DNA of 64,000 nt from Algiphilus sp. (GTDB lineage Bacteria > Pseudomonadota > Gammaproteobacteria > Nevskiales > Nevskiaceae). Each line of letters begins with the position of its first letter. Positions within the stretch are counted from its first letter, which is position 1. The notes beneath the pieces are model-generated. The model searched no databases, was not told the DNA's origin, and saw nothing but the letters and a program-made list of their open reading frames with translations. Of this stretch, positions 37,111 to 46,254 are shown piece by piece. The DNA is taken from NCBI RefSeq assembly GCF_965249985.1, contig NZ_OZ252280.1. The stretch is one strand, 5' to 3'. The position numbers were made by a program, and so were the translations under genes.

Positions 37111-38475
37111 TTAGCGCCCCGGCGGCGTGCTGTCCGGAGGCCCCGGCTCGGTCGCCGCTTCCGGCGAGTAGCTGCCCAGGTCCTCGATGAAGCCTTCCTC
37201 GACATCGAGTTCGGCGTCAGGGTCGATGAAGCCACCCTCCGGCTCCTCCTCCTCGGCGAGCAATTCCAGCACCACGGGCGATGTGCGCACCATCGGCACG
37301 AAGCTGCTGGATTGATCCTCGAGCAATTCCTCGTCGCGGCGACGTGGCAAGGCGTGCCATGCCGCGAACAGGGCCAGCGGCAACAGCACGATGCCGAAGA
37401 ACAGCGGGAGGCTGCCTTCCCCGGCGCGGCCGATGAACAGGCCGGCGGCCAGTGGCCCCAGCGCGGCGCCTGCGCCGTGCATCAACAGCAGCCAGCCGCT
37501 GCCGTCCACAAGCTGGTCTGCCTCCAGCCAGTCGGACAAATGCGCCGCGCAGAGTGGATAGATCGAGAAGGCGAAGCCGCCGTAAAGGAACATCATCGGA
37601 AACAGGGCATGCTGGTAGTAGCCGAGCAGCAGGGACGTTCCCGCGGCGAGGAGCGCGCCCCAGGCTGCGGTCAGCCCGATCACGCGCCGACGGTCGTGTC
37701 GATCGGAGTAGTGTCCGATGGGCAACTGCATGACCGCGCCGCCAATGATGGTCAGGCTCATCAGCAGCGCGACGCCCGCCTGTTCCAGGCCGACACGCTG
37801 CGCGAACAGCGGCCCCATGCCCCAGAAGCCACCCATGACGATGCCCGACAGGAAGGCGCCCCCAATCGCAACCGGCGCCACTGTCCATACCGTGCGGAAA
37901 GGCACGGCTGTCACCGTGGTCACATCCGGTTGCCCGAGTCGGGTGAGGGCCACCGGGACCAGCGATAGCGCGAACAGCACGGTGATGATCGAGAACAGCT
38001 CGAAGCTCTCCACCGGCGAGGCCAGGATCAGCCACTGACCGGCCGCCATCGCCACCAGATTGACGATCATATAGACCGCGAACAGGCCGCCACGACTGGC
38101 CGGGTCGGCCTGCACCGTGAGCCAGCTCTCAATGACGTTGAACAGGCCGACGATGGAGATTCCGGTGACCACGCGCAGCAAGGCCCAGCTCCATACGCTG
38201 ATGGATAGCGGATGCAGCACCGAGGTGCAGGCGGCAACGGCGGCAAAGATCGCAAAGCTGCGGATGTGTCCGACGCGCTCAATCACTTCGGGCGCAATAC
38301 GCGTGCCGAGCAGAAAGCCGGCGAAGTAGGCGGACATGACAAGACCGATGGAGGTGGTCGAGAACCCCTCCAGGCCCGCGCGCACCGAGAGCAGGGTGCC
38401 AAGCAGGCCGCTGCCCAGCAGGAGCAGCGCCACACCGGCGAGCAAGGCTGAGACAGGGAGAATGCGACTTGCCAT
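37111..38475 (-). CDS. MFS transporter, YcaD-like, with long acidic C-terminal tail
   Basis: 'LLLLGSGLLGTLLSVRAGLEGFSTTSIGLVMSAYFAGFLLGT...VERVGHIRSF' resembles E. coli YcaD as I remember it. 12 TM-type profile. Tail 'EEEEPEGGFIDPDAELDVEEGFIEDLG...'. It ends 40 nt upstream of the GgpPS-like gene. Confidence 0.82.
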   Translation of the reverse strand: MASRILPVSALLAGVALLLLGSGLLGTLLSVRAGLEGFSTTSIGLVMSAYFAGFLLGTRIAPEVIERVGHIRSFAIFAAVAACTSVLHPLSISVWSWALLRVVTGISIVGLFNVIESWLTVQADPASRGGLFAVYMIVNLVAMAAGQWLILASPVESFELFSIITVLFALSLVPVALTRLGQPDVTTVTAVPFRTVWTVAPVAIGGAFLSGIVMGGFWGMGPLFAQRVGLEQAGVALLMSLTIIGGAVMQLPIGHYSDRHDRRRVIGLTAAWGALLAAGTSLLLGYYQHALFPMMFLYGGFAFSIYPLCAAHLSDWLEADQLVDGSGWLLLMHGAGAALGPLAAGLFIGRAGEGSLPLFFGIVLLPLALFAAWHALPRRRDEELLEDQSSSFVPMVRTSPVVLELLAEEEEPEGGFIDPDAELDVEEGFIEDLGSYSPEAATEPGPPDSTPPGR

Positions 38476-38565
38476 CAGTCAGAAATCGGCAGCAAAAAAG
38501 GCGGACGCGATTCTATCGCGTCCGCCTGCGCGCCTTGTGGGCGCGGTCACGGCGAGGGTATGTCC

Positions 38566-39690
38566 CTAGAAGTAGTAGCCGACGTTGATGTTGAAGCGGC
38601 TGTTCCAGTCGTCGGTGTCGCCTTCCAGCGTGCCGCCGATGAAGGGCTGGTTCTGCGCCACGATGAAGTCGAAGTAGGCGAAGACACCACCCGCGACCAC
38701 CGAGAAGCCGGTGACATTCATCTGCGTGTCCTCGGTGTCCGGAGTCTTTTCGGTCATCAGGCTGTAGTCGTTGTACAGCTGGATGGCGGTGATCGGACCG
38801 AGCTGCATATCGATGTTGTAAGCGAAGTTCGCCGTGTAGATCAGCGCTTCGGATGGAATGGTGTCAAAGAAGGAGTAGGCGCCGACTGCGAGCCGTTCTG
38901 CGCCGGAATCGAGGTCATACTCATAGTCGGCCACCTGCAGCATGACGTTGACCGGTCCGTAATTGCCATTCATGTGCGCGGCGTATGCCTGGTAATCCCC
39001 GGCCGAGCGCGTGGGCCCCTTCAGCCCGCCGTAGAGACCGGAGAGACCGAATTCGGTGCCAGCCACATCGACGGTCGCACGCAGACTGCCGGTGTTGGAT
39101 TCGGCGATGGGGTTGGTCGGGTCGGCGAAGGTCCCTTCGCCCGGCGCGCGAAAGCCGACGACGTCGTAGGAGTAGCGGTCGGAACGATTGTCGACAAAGC
39201 CATCGATGCCGCCCTGTTCGTCATTCTTGAAGAAGCCGAGCTGTACGCCGATTGGGCCCAGGTCGCCGTCGGCGACGAGGCCGAAATCGTAGTCGTCCTC
39301 CAGGCCCACGTAGTAGGCGGTGCTGAAGAAGAAATTGTGCGAGTTGAAGGGGCGCACGCCAAAGGGCACCTGCTGGATGCCCGCGCGCAGCTGCCATGCC
39401 TCGCTGAAGTCATAGCCGACCCAGGCGTGGTGAATGACCTGCATGTACTGGTAGTAACGCCATTCCGCGGACAGGATCACATTGCCGATGGAACCATCCA
39501 GATTGATGCGGAAGGTATCGAGATCGATGTCCCCGCCACGGGTGCGGTTGTCGCGGTCGTAGTCTTCAAAGCTGTACTGGAAGCGCACGGCGCCGCCAAC
39601 GTGGATGCCATCTTCATCCTCCGCGTGTACAAGCCCCAGTGGTGCGGTGGCGATGGCAGACGCCAACAGAAAACCTGCTGCGTATCGCAT
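38566..39690 (-). CDS. Outer-membrane porin (beta-barrel; phosphate-selective porin O/P-like pattern)
   Basis: Start at internal Met82 (ATG 39690, SD GGGGA). Signal peptide 'MRYAAGFLLASAIATAPLGLVHA'. Alternating amphipathic strands. C-terminal 'FNINVGYYF'. It is the first gene of the porin-MFS-GgpPS arrangement. Confidence 0.68.
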   Translation of the reverse strand: MRYAAGFLLASAIATAPLGLVHAEDEDGIHVGGAVRFQYSFEDYDRDNRTRGGDIDLDTFRINLDGSIGNVILSAEWRYYQYMQVIHHAWVGYDFSEAWQLRAGIQQVPFGVRPFNSHNFFFSTAYYVGLEDDYDFGLVADGDLGPIGVQLGFFKNDEQGGIDGFVDNRSDRYSYDVVGFRAPGEGTFADPTNPIAESNTGSLRATVDVAGTEFGLSGLYGGLKGPTRSAGDYQAYAAHMNGNYGPVNVMLQVADYEYDLDSGAERLAVGAYSFFDTIPSEALIYTANFAYNIDMQLGPITAIQLYNDYSLMTEKTPDTEDTQMNVTGFSVVAGGVFAYFDFIVAQNQPFIGGTLEGDTDDWNSRFNINVGYYF

Positions 39691-39931
39691 GATGAGTCCC
39701 CTTTTCTTCTGCTTGCTGAGCGAGACGGGGCGCTTACGCGCCACGCCGCACGTGTCGTGCTCCTTCGACCACATGCACGCCGCGCCACAACACTCCCCTA
39801 TATGCATCGGCGCGCAGTCGATGCAGTAGACCTTACCCGCCCCGTGGCGGCGGTGCAAAACTGTCTCACTGTGCATGGGACGTGCGACGCGGTTCGCCCG
39901 CTTGCGCGGCCTTGGTGCGAGCAAGGTGCAC

Positions 39932-39957
39932 AAAAAAGGGCGGCCTCAGGGGCCGCC
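39932..39957 (-). terminator. Rho-independent terminator after the second acyl-CoA dehydrogenase
   Basis: The minus strand reads GGCGGCC-cctga-GGCCGCC followed by CTTTTTTG. Confidence 0.7.
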
Positions 39958-39980
39958 TCGTGATGTCACGGATGCGGTGC

Positions 39981-41732
39981 TTATGCCGCGTCGAGCAGCG
40001 CCGCCGGCTTGCCCATGATCGGCTCTGCCGGCGCCAGCGCTGTCTTGCACAGGGTGACGGCGTGTGGCAGCAGACGCGTGGCGAAGTGGTGCGCCGTGAC
40101 GACCTTGGCCTCCGCAAAGCCGGCGTCCTTGTGGCCTTCCGCCGCGCGGACAGAGCGCAGCCACGCTTCGCCCAACGCGACCAGCGAGAAGGCGCGCAGG
40201 TAGTCGCAGCAGCCGTAGGCGGCGTCGTTGGGGTTGTCCCGGAAGCCGGCCTGGATTTCTTTGGTGGCCGTCTCCAGCGCGCCCAGCGCCTCTTCCAGCG
40301 GCGCCACCAGCCAGTCCGGGCCGCCTTCCGCCAGATGCTTGCGCACCCGTTCAAAATAGCGCTGCGGCAGTCGGCCGCCGTGCAGCTGCAGTTTGCGGCG
40401 GACCAGATCCATGGCCTGGATGCCGTTGGTGCCTTCATACAGCGCCAGGATCTTGCTGTCGCGGATGATCTGCTCGATGCCATGCTCGCGAATGAAGCCG
40501 TGGCCGCCGTAGACCTGCACGGCGAGGGAGCCAAGTTCGAAGGCGGCGTCGGTAAGGAATGCCTTGACCAGCGGGGTCATCAGTTCGACATGGTCCTGCG
40601 CGGATTCGCGTGCGGCCTCGTCGGTGGCGCGGTGGGCGAGATCGACATGCATGGAGGTGTCCAGCGCCATGACGCGGCCGGCCTCGGTGTAGGCGCGCAT
40701 GGTCAGCAGCATGCGGCGTACGTCAGGGTGGTCGATGATCTGCTCGCTGCCGCTGAAGCTCTTGCCCTGCTTGCGATCCATGGCGTAAGCGAGCGCGTTC
40801 TGGGTCGCCAGCTCGCACTGACCCAGGCCCTGGAATCCGACCATGATGCGGGCCAAGTTCATCATGATGAACATGTTCTGGATGCCGTGGTTCGGTGCGC
40901 CCACGAGCCAGCCCTTGGCGCCATCGAAGCCCATGGTGCAGGTGCAGGAGGCGTGGATACCCATCTTGTGCTCGATGGAAATGCAGCGCAGCGCGTTGCG
41001 CTCACCAATGCTGCCGTCGGCGTTCACCAGGTATTTGGGGACCACGAAGGTGGACAGCCCCTTGATGCCCGCCGGGGCGTCGGGTAGGCGCGCCAGCACC
41101 AGGTGCACGATGTTGTCAGCCATCTGGTGCTCGCCGCCGGTGATGAAGATCTTCATCCCTTCCAGGCTGTAGCTGCCATCGTCGTTCGGCGTAGCCTTGG
41201 TCTTGACTGCCGCGAGATCCGAGCCGGCCTGCGGCTCGGTGAGGCACATGGTGCCCGTCCATTCGCCGGTGCCAAGCTTGGGCAGGTAGCGATCCTTGAT
41301 CTCGTCCGAGCCCACCGCCTCGATGGCTTCGAAGCAGCTGCTGGTCAGACCCGGATAGAGGGCGAAGGAGACGTTGGCACCGCACAGCATCTCTTCCACC
41401 ACCTTGGACAGGACATAGGGCAGGCCCTGGCCACCGTATTCGCCAGGGCTCGCCAGGCCGACCCAGCCGGCTTCGTAGAATTGCTGGTAGGCCTCCTTCA
41501 TGCCCTCGGGCAGGATCACTTCGCCGTCCTGCCACTGCGCCCCAACGGCATCCGCACTCTCGCGCAGCGGTGCGACAACGCCTTCGACGAACTTGGCCGC
41601 CTCATCCACCACGCCATCGACGATTTCGGCAGAGGCATCCTCAAAGCCGGGCAGCGCCGACAGCTGGGAAACGTCAAGCACGTCGTGCAGTGCGAACAGG
41701 ATGTCTTTCTGGGGAACCTTGTATGTGGCCAT
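39981..41732 (-). CDS. Long-type acyl-CoA dehydrogenase (paralog of 8441..10231)
   Basis: SD GAGGA precedes ATG 41732 ('MATYKVPQKDILFALHDVLDV'). 'WTGTMCLTEPQAGSDLAAV', 'GEHQMADNIVHLVLARLPDAPAGIKGLSTFVVPKY'. Confidence 0.9.
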   Translation of the reverse strand: MATYKVPQKDILFALHDVLDVSQLSALPGFEDASAEIVDGVVDEAAKFVEGVVAPLRESADAVGAQWQDGEVILPEGMKEAYQQFYEAGWVGLASPGEYGGQGLPYVLSKVVEEMLCGANVSFALYPGLTSSCFEAIEAVGSDEIKDRYLPKLGTGEWTGTMCLTEPQAGSDLAAVKTKATPNDDGSYSLEGMKIFITGGEHQMADNIVHLVLARLPDAPAGIKGLSTFVVPKYLVNADGSIGERNALRCISIEHKMGIHASCTCTMGFDGAKGWLVGAPNHGIQNMFIMMNLARIMVGFQGLGQCELATQNALAYAMDRKQGKSFSGSEQIIDHPDVRRMLLTMRAYTEAGRVMALDTSMHVDLAHRATDEAARESAQDHVELMTPLVKAFLTDAAFELGSLAVQVYGGHGFIREHGIEQIIRDSKILALYEGTNGIQAMDLVRRKLQLHGGRLPQRYFERVRKHLAEGGPDWLVAPLEEALGALETATKEIQAGFRDNPNDAAYGCCDYLRAFSLVALGEAWLRSVRAAEGHKDAGFAEAKVVTAHHFATRLLPHAVTLCKTALAPAEPIMGKPAALLDAA

Positions 41733-41979
41733 GGCGAGTCCTCTAACCGGCGTCAAAAGATGCAGCGAAGGTAGCACGCGGGCGGAGGCCCACGGGCTGC
41801 GTCGAGCTTTTATGAATGATAGTTCATTAGTTTTTTGGGCGCAGCAGCGCGTCGCGCGTCATGCTGTGCCGACGCGGTTGGGGTCTGTGGGCGAAGGCGG
41901 GCCATCGTCCTCGGTCTGGCATACTCCGTGCTTTGACGGTCGGGCGCTCCCCGGCCACCCATGATATGGAGTTCTACAC

Positions 41980-42312
41980 GTGTTGGATCTATTGATCAGT
42001 CCCGCGTTCGCGCAGACCCAGGCGCAGGCGGAAGTCAGCCCGCTGATGCAGTTCCTCCCGCTCATCCTGCTCGTGGTGGTGTTCTATTTCCTGCTGATCC
42101 GTCCGCAGATGAAGCGCAACAAGGAGCACCGCAATATGATCGCCAGCCTTTCGGTCGGTGATGAAGTGGTGACCGGTGGCGGCGTGGCCGGGCGCATCTC
42201 GAACCTCGGCGAACACTTCGTATCGGTGGAAATCGCCGAAGGCGTGGTCACCAAGGTGCAGAAGCAGTCGATTGCGAGCGTCCTCCCCAAGGGAACCCTC
42301 AAGGAAAGTTGA
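41980..42312 (+). CDS. yajC: Preprotein translocase subunit YajC
   Basis: GTG start with GGAG 9 nt upstream. 'LMQFLPLILLVVVFYFLLIRPQMKRNKEHRNMIASLSVGDEVVTGGGVAGRI'. Confidence 0.92.
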   Translation: MLDLLISPAFAQTQAQAEVSPLMQFLPLILLVVVFYFLLIRPQMKRNKEHRNMIASLSVGDEVVTGGGVAGRISNLGEHFVSVEIAEGVVTKVQKQSIASVLPKGTLKES

Positions 42313-42395
42313 TCCGGTTCCCCGCGCCAGTCGGACCGTTGCGGGCCCACGCGCGCACCGGCCCGCCGGCCGAATTCCTCTAAGCGTTCACGCTC

Positions 42396-44249
42396 ATGAA
42401 ACCCTTTGCCCTGTGGAAATACGCTGTACTCGCGATCGCCGTGGTCGTGGGTATTCTCTATGCGCTGCCGAATCTCTTCGGCGATGACCCCGCCGTGCAG
42501 ATATCGCACAGTGACGGCGATCCGATCAGCGCACGCACCCAGGAGCGCGTGGTGGAGTGGCTGGAAGACGCCGGCATCAACGTGCAGGCGGCACGCGCCA
42601 CTGACGGACAGCAGATCGTACGGCTGCCGTCCAACGAGGCGCAGTTGCAGGCCGCCGAGATTCTGCGGCCCCGGCTGGATCGCGACCATGTCGTCGCGCT
42701 GAGCCGGGAGCCGCGGACGCCGCAGTGGCTGCTCGACATCGGCGCGCGTCCGATGAATCTCGGCCTGGACTTGCGCGGCGGCGTGCACTTCCTGCTGGAA
42801 GTGGATATCCCGACCGCGCTGGAGCGGGCATCGGAACGCTATCTCACCGATCTTCCGGCCTTCCTGCGTACAGAGAATATCCGCTACACCGGCCGCACCC
42901 TCGACGATGGTTCGGTGTCGCTGGAGTTCGCTGACGTCGAACGGCGCGACAGCGCGCGCGACGTGCTCGCGGATGAATTTCCGGAGCTGCGCTTCGAGGC
43001 CAGCGACAATCCGCCCAGCCTGACCGCAGCCCTCAGCGAGGAGGAGCAGGCCCGCATTGCGGATTTCGCGGTCCGCCAGAATCTCACCACCCTGCGCAAT
43101 CGTGTCAACCAGCTGGGCGTGGCGGAGCCGCTGGTGCAGCGCCAAGGCGAAGACCGCATCGTGGTGCAGCTGCCGGGCGTGCAGGACACCACCCGCGTCA
43201 AGGATCTGCTGGGCGCAACCGCGACACTGGAATACCGCGCCGTGGACGAAGACGGCGACGCGCAGCGCGCCGCCCGCACCGGCTCCGTTCCCTTTGGCAG
43301 CGAGTTGTTCTACAGCCGCGACGGTCGTCCCGTCCTGCTCAAGCGGGAGGTCATCGCCAGCGGTGATCAGCTGGTGGACGCTCAGGCCACGATCGATCAG
43401 GAAAGCGGTACGCCGGCCGTGTCGGTGACGCTGGATGGTACCGGCGCCAAGCGCATGTTCGAGTTCACGCAGAACAATGTCGGCCGGCCGATGGCGGTGC
43501 TCTATCGCGAAACCGAAGTCACCACCACCTACAACGCCAAGGGCGAGCCCATCCGCGAGATGAACGAGATCGAGGAAGTGATCTCGGTGGCGACCATCCG
43601 CGGCGTCTTCGGCAAACGCTTCCAGACCACCGGTCTGACCAGCAACGAAGCCCGCGATCTGGCGCTCCTGCTGCGCGCCGGTGCGCTGGCCGCGCCCATC
43701 GTCATTGTCGAGGAACGCACCGTTGGCCCAAGCCTCGGCGCGGACAACATCCAACAGGGGCAGATGGCAGCGCTGGCCGGTCTGATCGCCGTGCTGATCT
43801 TCATGGCGATCTATTACAAGGTCTTCGGGCTGATCAGCAATGTGGCGCTGCTGCTCAATCTGACGCTCATCATCGCGGCCATGTCGATGATCCAGGCCAC
43901 CCTCACCATGCCCGGCATTGCCGGCATCGTCCTGACCCTGGGCATGGCGGTGGACGCCAACGTGCTGATCTATGAGCGCATCCGCGAGGAAATCAAGCAG
44001 GGCATCGCGCCGCTGCCGGCGATTGATGCCGGCTACGACCGGGCGCTGCTGACTATTGCCGATTCCCAGATCACCACCCTGATCGCCGCCGTGGTGCTGT
44101 TCGCTCTCGGCTCCGGCCCCGTGAAGGGCTTTGCCGTCACACTCTCTATCGGTATCGCCACCTCGATGTTCACGGCCATCATTGGTACCCGGGCCATCGT
44201 GCACATGATCTATGGGCGGCGCGCGCGCATGGCCCATCTGCCCATCTAG
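42396..44249 (+). CDS. secD: Protein translocase subunit SecD
   Basis: 'LWKYAVLAIAVVVGILYALPNLFG', 'LGLDLRGGVHFLLEVD', 'LGATATLEYRAV', C-terminal TM bundle. Confidence 0.96.
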   Translation: MKPFALWKYAVLAIAVVVGILYALPNLFGDDPAVQISHSDGDPISARTQERVVEWLEDAGINVQAARATDGQQIVRLPSNEAQLQAAEILRPRLDRDHVVALSREPRTPQWLLDIGARPMNLGLDLRGGVHFLLEVDIPTALERASERYLTDLPAFLRTENIRYTGRTLDDGSVSLEFADVERRDSARDVLADEFPELRFEASDNPPSLTAALSEEEQARIADFAVRQNLTTLRNRVNQLGVAEPLVQRQGEDRIVVQLPGVQDTTRVKDLLGATATLEYRAVDEDGDAQRAARTGSVPFGSELFYSRDGRPVLLKREVIASGDQLVDAQATIDQESGTPAVSVTLDGTGAKRMFEFTQNNVGRPMAVLYRETEVTTTYNAKGEPIREMNEIEEVISVATIRGVFGKRFQTTGLTSNEARDLALLLRAGALAAPIVIVEERTVGPSLGADNIQQGQMAALAGLIAVLIFMAIYYKVFGLISNVALLLNLTLIIAAMSMIQATLTMPGIAGIVLTLGMAVDANVLIYERIREEIKQGIAPLPAIDAGYDRALLTIADSQITTLIAAVVLFALGSGPVKGFAVTLSIGIATSMFTAIIGTRAIVHMIYGRRARMAHLPI

Positions 44250-44264
44250 CCGTCGAGGCGCTTC

Positions 44265-45197
44265 ATGCAACTGTTTGCGACCAATCCGAACATCGATTTC
44301 ATGCGGGTGCGACGGCCCGCGGGCATCTTCTCCATTCTTTTGCTCGTCGCCAGCATTGTGCTGCTCGCGACGCGCGGGCTGAATCCAGGCATCGACTTCA
44401 AGGGCGGCGTGCTGGTCGAGCTCGGTTACGAACAGCCGGTGGAGCTGTCATCGGTACGCCAGGCCCTCAGTGACGCGCAATTGGGCTCGGCCAGCGTGCA
44501 GTACTTCGGTACCCAGACCGATGTCCTGGTGCGTATGGCTCCCGACGAAACCGCCGACGCTGCAGCGATCAGCGACCGCATTCTGGCGGCGCTGCGCACG
44601 GTGGGGCAGTCACCCGAGATGCGGCGCGTCGAATTCGTCGGCGCCGCAGTCGGCGACGAGCTGGCGATCGATGGCGCATTGGCGGCACTGTTCGCCCTCA
44701 TCGGCATCCTGATCTATGTGGCTTTCCGCTTCGAGTGGAAATTCGCGGTGGGCGCTATCGCGGCGACCAGCCATGACGCGATCATCGTGCTGGGCTGGTT
44801 CTCGCTCCTCGGGCTGGAGTTCGACCTGACCGTGCTGGCCGCGGTGCTGGCGACCATCGGCTATTCACTCAACGACACCATCGTGGTGTACGACCGCGTC
44901 CGTGAGCGCTTTCTGGACCTGCGACGCAGCGAACCGGTAGAGGTCATCAACTCCGCCGTCAACCAGACACTGGCCCGCACCATCGTCACCAGTGGCACGA
45001 CGCTGTTCGTATTGCTCGCGCTGTTCTTCCTGGGCGGGACGGTGGTGCACAACTTCAGTACCGCACTGATCGTGGGCATCCTCGTGGGGACCTATTCCTC
45101 CATCTTCGTCGCCAGCGGCCTGTTGCCGATGCTGGGCGTGAAGCATGAGGATCTGCTGCCGCCGCAGGACGAAGACGAGGTCGACGAACTGCCGTGA
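44265..45197 (+). CDS. secF: Protein translocase subunit SecF
   Basis: 'IDFMRVRRPAGIFSILL', 'GIDFKGG', 'GYSLNDTIVVYDRVRE'. Confidence 0.96.
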   Translation: MQLFATNPNIDFMRVRRPAGIFSILLLVASIVLLATRGLNPGIDFKGGVLVELGYEQPVELSSVRQALSDAQLGSASVQYFGTQTDVLVRMAPDETADAAAISDRILAALRTVGQSPEMRRVEFVGAAVGDELAIDGALAALFALIGILIYVAFRFEWKFAVGAIAATSHDAIIVLGWFSLLGLEFDLTVLAAVLATIGYSLNDTIVVYDRVRERFLDLRRSEPVEVINSAVNQTLARTIVTSGTTLFVLLALFFLGGTVVHNFSTALIVGILVGTYSSIFVASGLLPMLGVKHEDLLPPQDEDEVDELP

Positions 45198-45748
45198 AGC
45201 CGTCGCCGGCAGGCGCCAAAGGCGGCGCTGGCCAACGCGATACGGTGGTGCTCGCCGTGCTGGCAGTGGCCCTGCTCACGGCCCTGGCATGGCGGGAAGG
45301 TCTCGATGAAGCAGCTGCGGCACTGACGGCCGCCCTGCGCCTGCTGTTCGCGGTAGGGCCCCTGTTCCTGCTCGGCATCGCCATTGGCGGCTGCCTCTCC
45401 GCCTTGGTGTCGACCCAGGCCGTGACCCGTCATCTTGGTAGCAGCGTCAGCTGGCGCGCCTACGGGGTGGTCGTCATTGGTGGCATGGTCACGCCCGCCG
45501 GCCCCTTTGCCGCTTTCCCGCTGCTGCTTGCTTTGCGTCAGGCCGGTGTCGCCACCGCGTTGTGTGTAGCCTATCTCACGGCCTGGGCAACACTCGGGCT
45601 GCAGCGGCTGCTGCTCTGGGAAGTGCCACTGATGGGGGCCGACTTTGCACTGCTGCGCTGGGCGGTGAGCCTGCCGCTGCCGCTGCTTGCCGCCTGGGGC
45701 GCGCAGCTGATGATGGCGTCCCGCTGGGCCGGTGGCGATCGCCCATGA
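45194..45748 (+). CDS. Half-size permease-like membrane protein A (PF03773/UPF0718-like repeat pattern, inferred)
   Basis: GTGA overlap with the secF stop. Multi-TM. The segment 'GGMVTPAGPFAAFPLLLALRQAGVATALCVAYLTAWATLGLQRLLLWEVPLMGADFALLRWAVSLPLPLLA' is homologous to the next gene. Confidence 0.62.
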   Translation: MKPSPAGAKGGAGQRDTVVLAVLAVALLTALAWREGLDEAAAALTAALRLLFAVGPLFLLGIAIGGCLSALVSTQAVTRHLGSSVSWRAYGVVVIGGMVTPAGPFAAFPLLLALRQAGVATALCVAYLTAWATLGLQRLLLWEVPLMGADFALLRWAVSLPLPLLAAWGAQLMMASRWAGGDRP

Positions 45749-46254
45749 CTGCGCCCTGGCTCCCGCTCATGCTGCTGGTTGTGCTCTTTGTCGGGCTGGC
45801 GGGCTGGATCGGCCTACGCCGCCGCGACGCGCGGCCGGTAGCGCTAGGGGCGGCGCGACGCCAGCTGTGGTTGATTCTGCCGCGACTCCCACCGGCCCTG
45901 TTGGCAGCGGAATGCGCGCTGCGGCTGCTGCCCGAAGGCGCCCTGGCCCAATGGCTGGGCGAGGGGAGCGGCTGGCGCGGGCTGGCGCTGGCGACGGCCG
46001 TCGGGGTCGGCGTGCCTGGCGGCCCGGCCGTGGCCCTGCCCATTGCCTGGGCGCTGCTCAGCGGCGGCGCGGCAGTATCGGTTGTAGTGGCCTTCGTAAC
46101 GGCCTGGTCATTGATCGCGGTCCACCGGGCCATGCTGTTTGAGTGGCCCCTGATGGGCGCTTCGTGGACGCTGCGCCGCATGCTGCTCAGTCTGCCGCTA
46201 CCGCTGCTGGCAGGGGCTGCGGCCGGCGCGCTGACCCAGCTCAGCGGTGCCTGA
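45745..46254 (+). CDS. Half-size permease-like membrane protein B (paralog of A)
   Basis: ATGA overlap with the previous gene. Start at internal Met62 of track ORF 45562..46254. 'GVPGGPAVALPIAWALLSGGAAVSVVVAFVTAWSLIAVHRAMLFEWPLMGASWTLRRMLLSLPLPLLA'. Confidence 0.62.
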   Translation: MTAPWLPLMLLVVLFVGLAGWIGLRRRDARPVALGAARRQLWLILPRLPPALLAAECALRLLPEGALAQWLGEGSGWRGLALATAVGVGVPGGPAVALPIAWALLSGGAAVSVVVAFVTAWSLIAVHRAMLFEWPLMGASWTLRRMLLSLPLPLLAGAAAGALTQLSGA

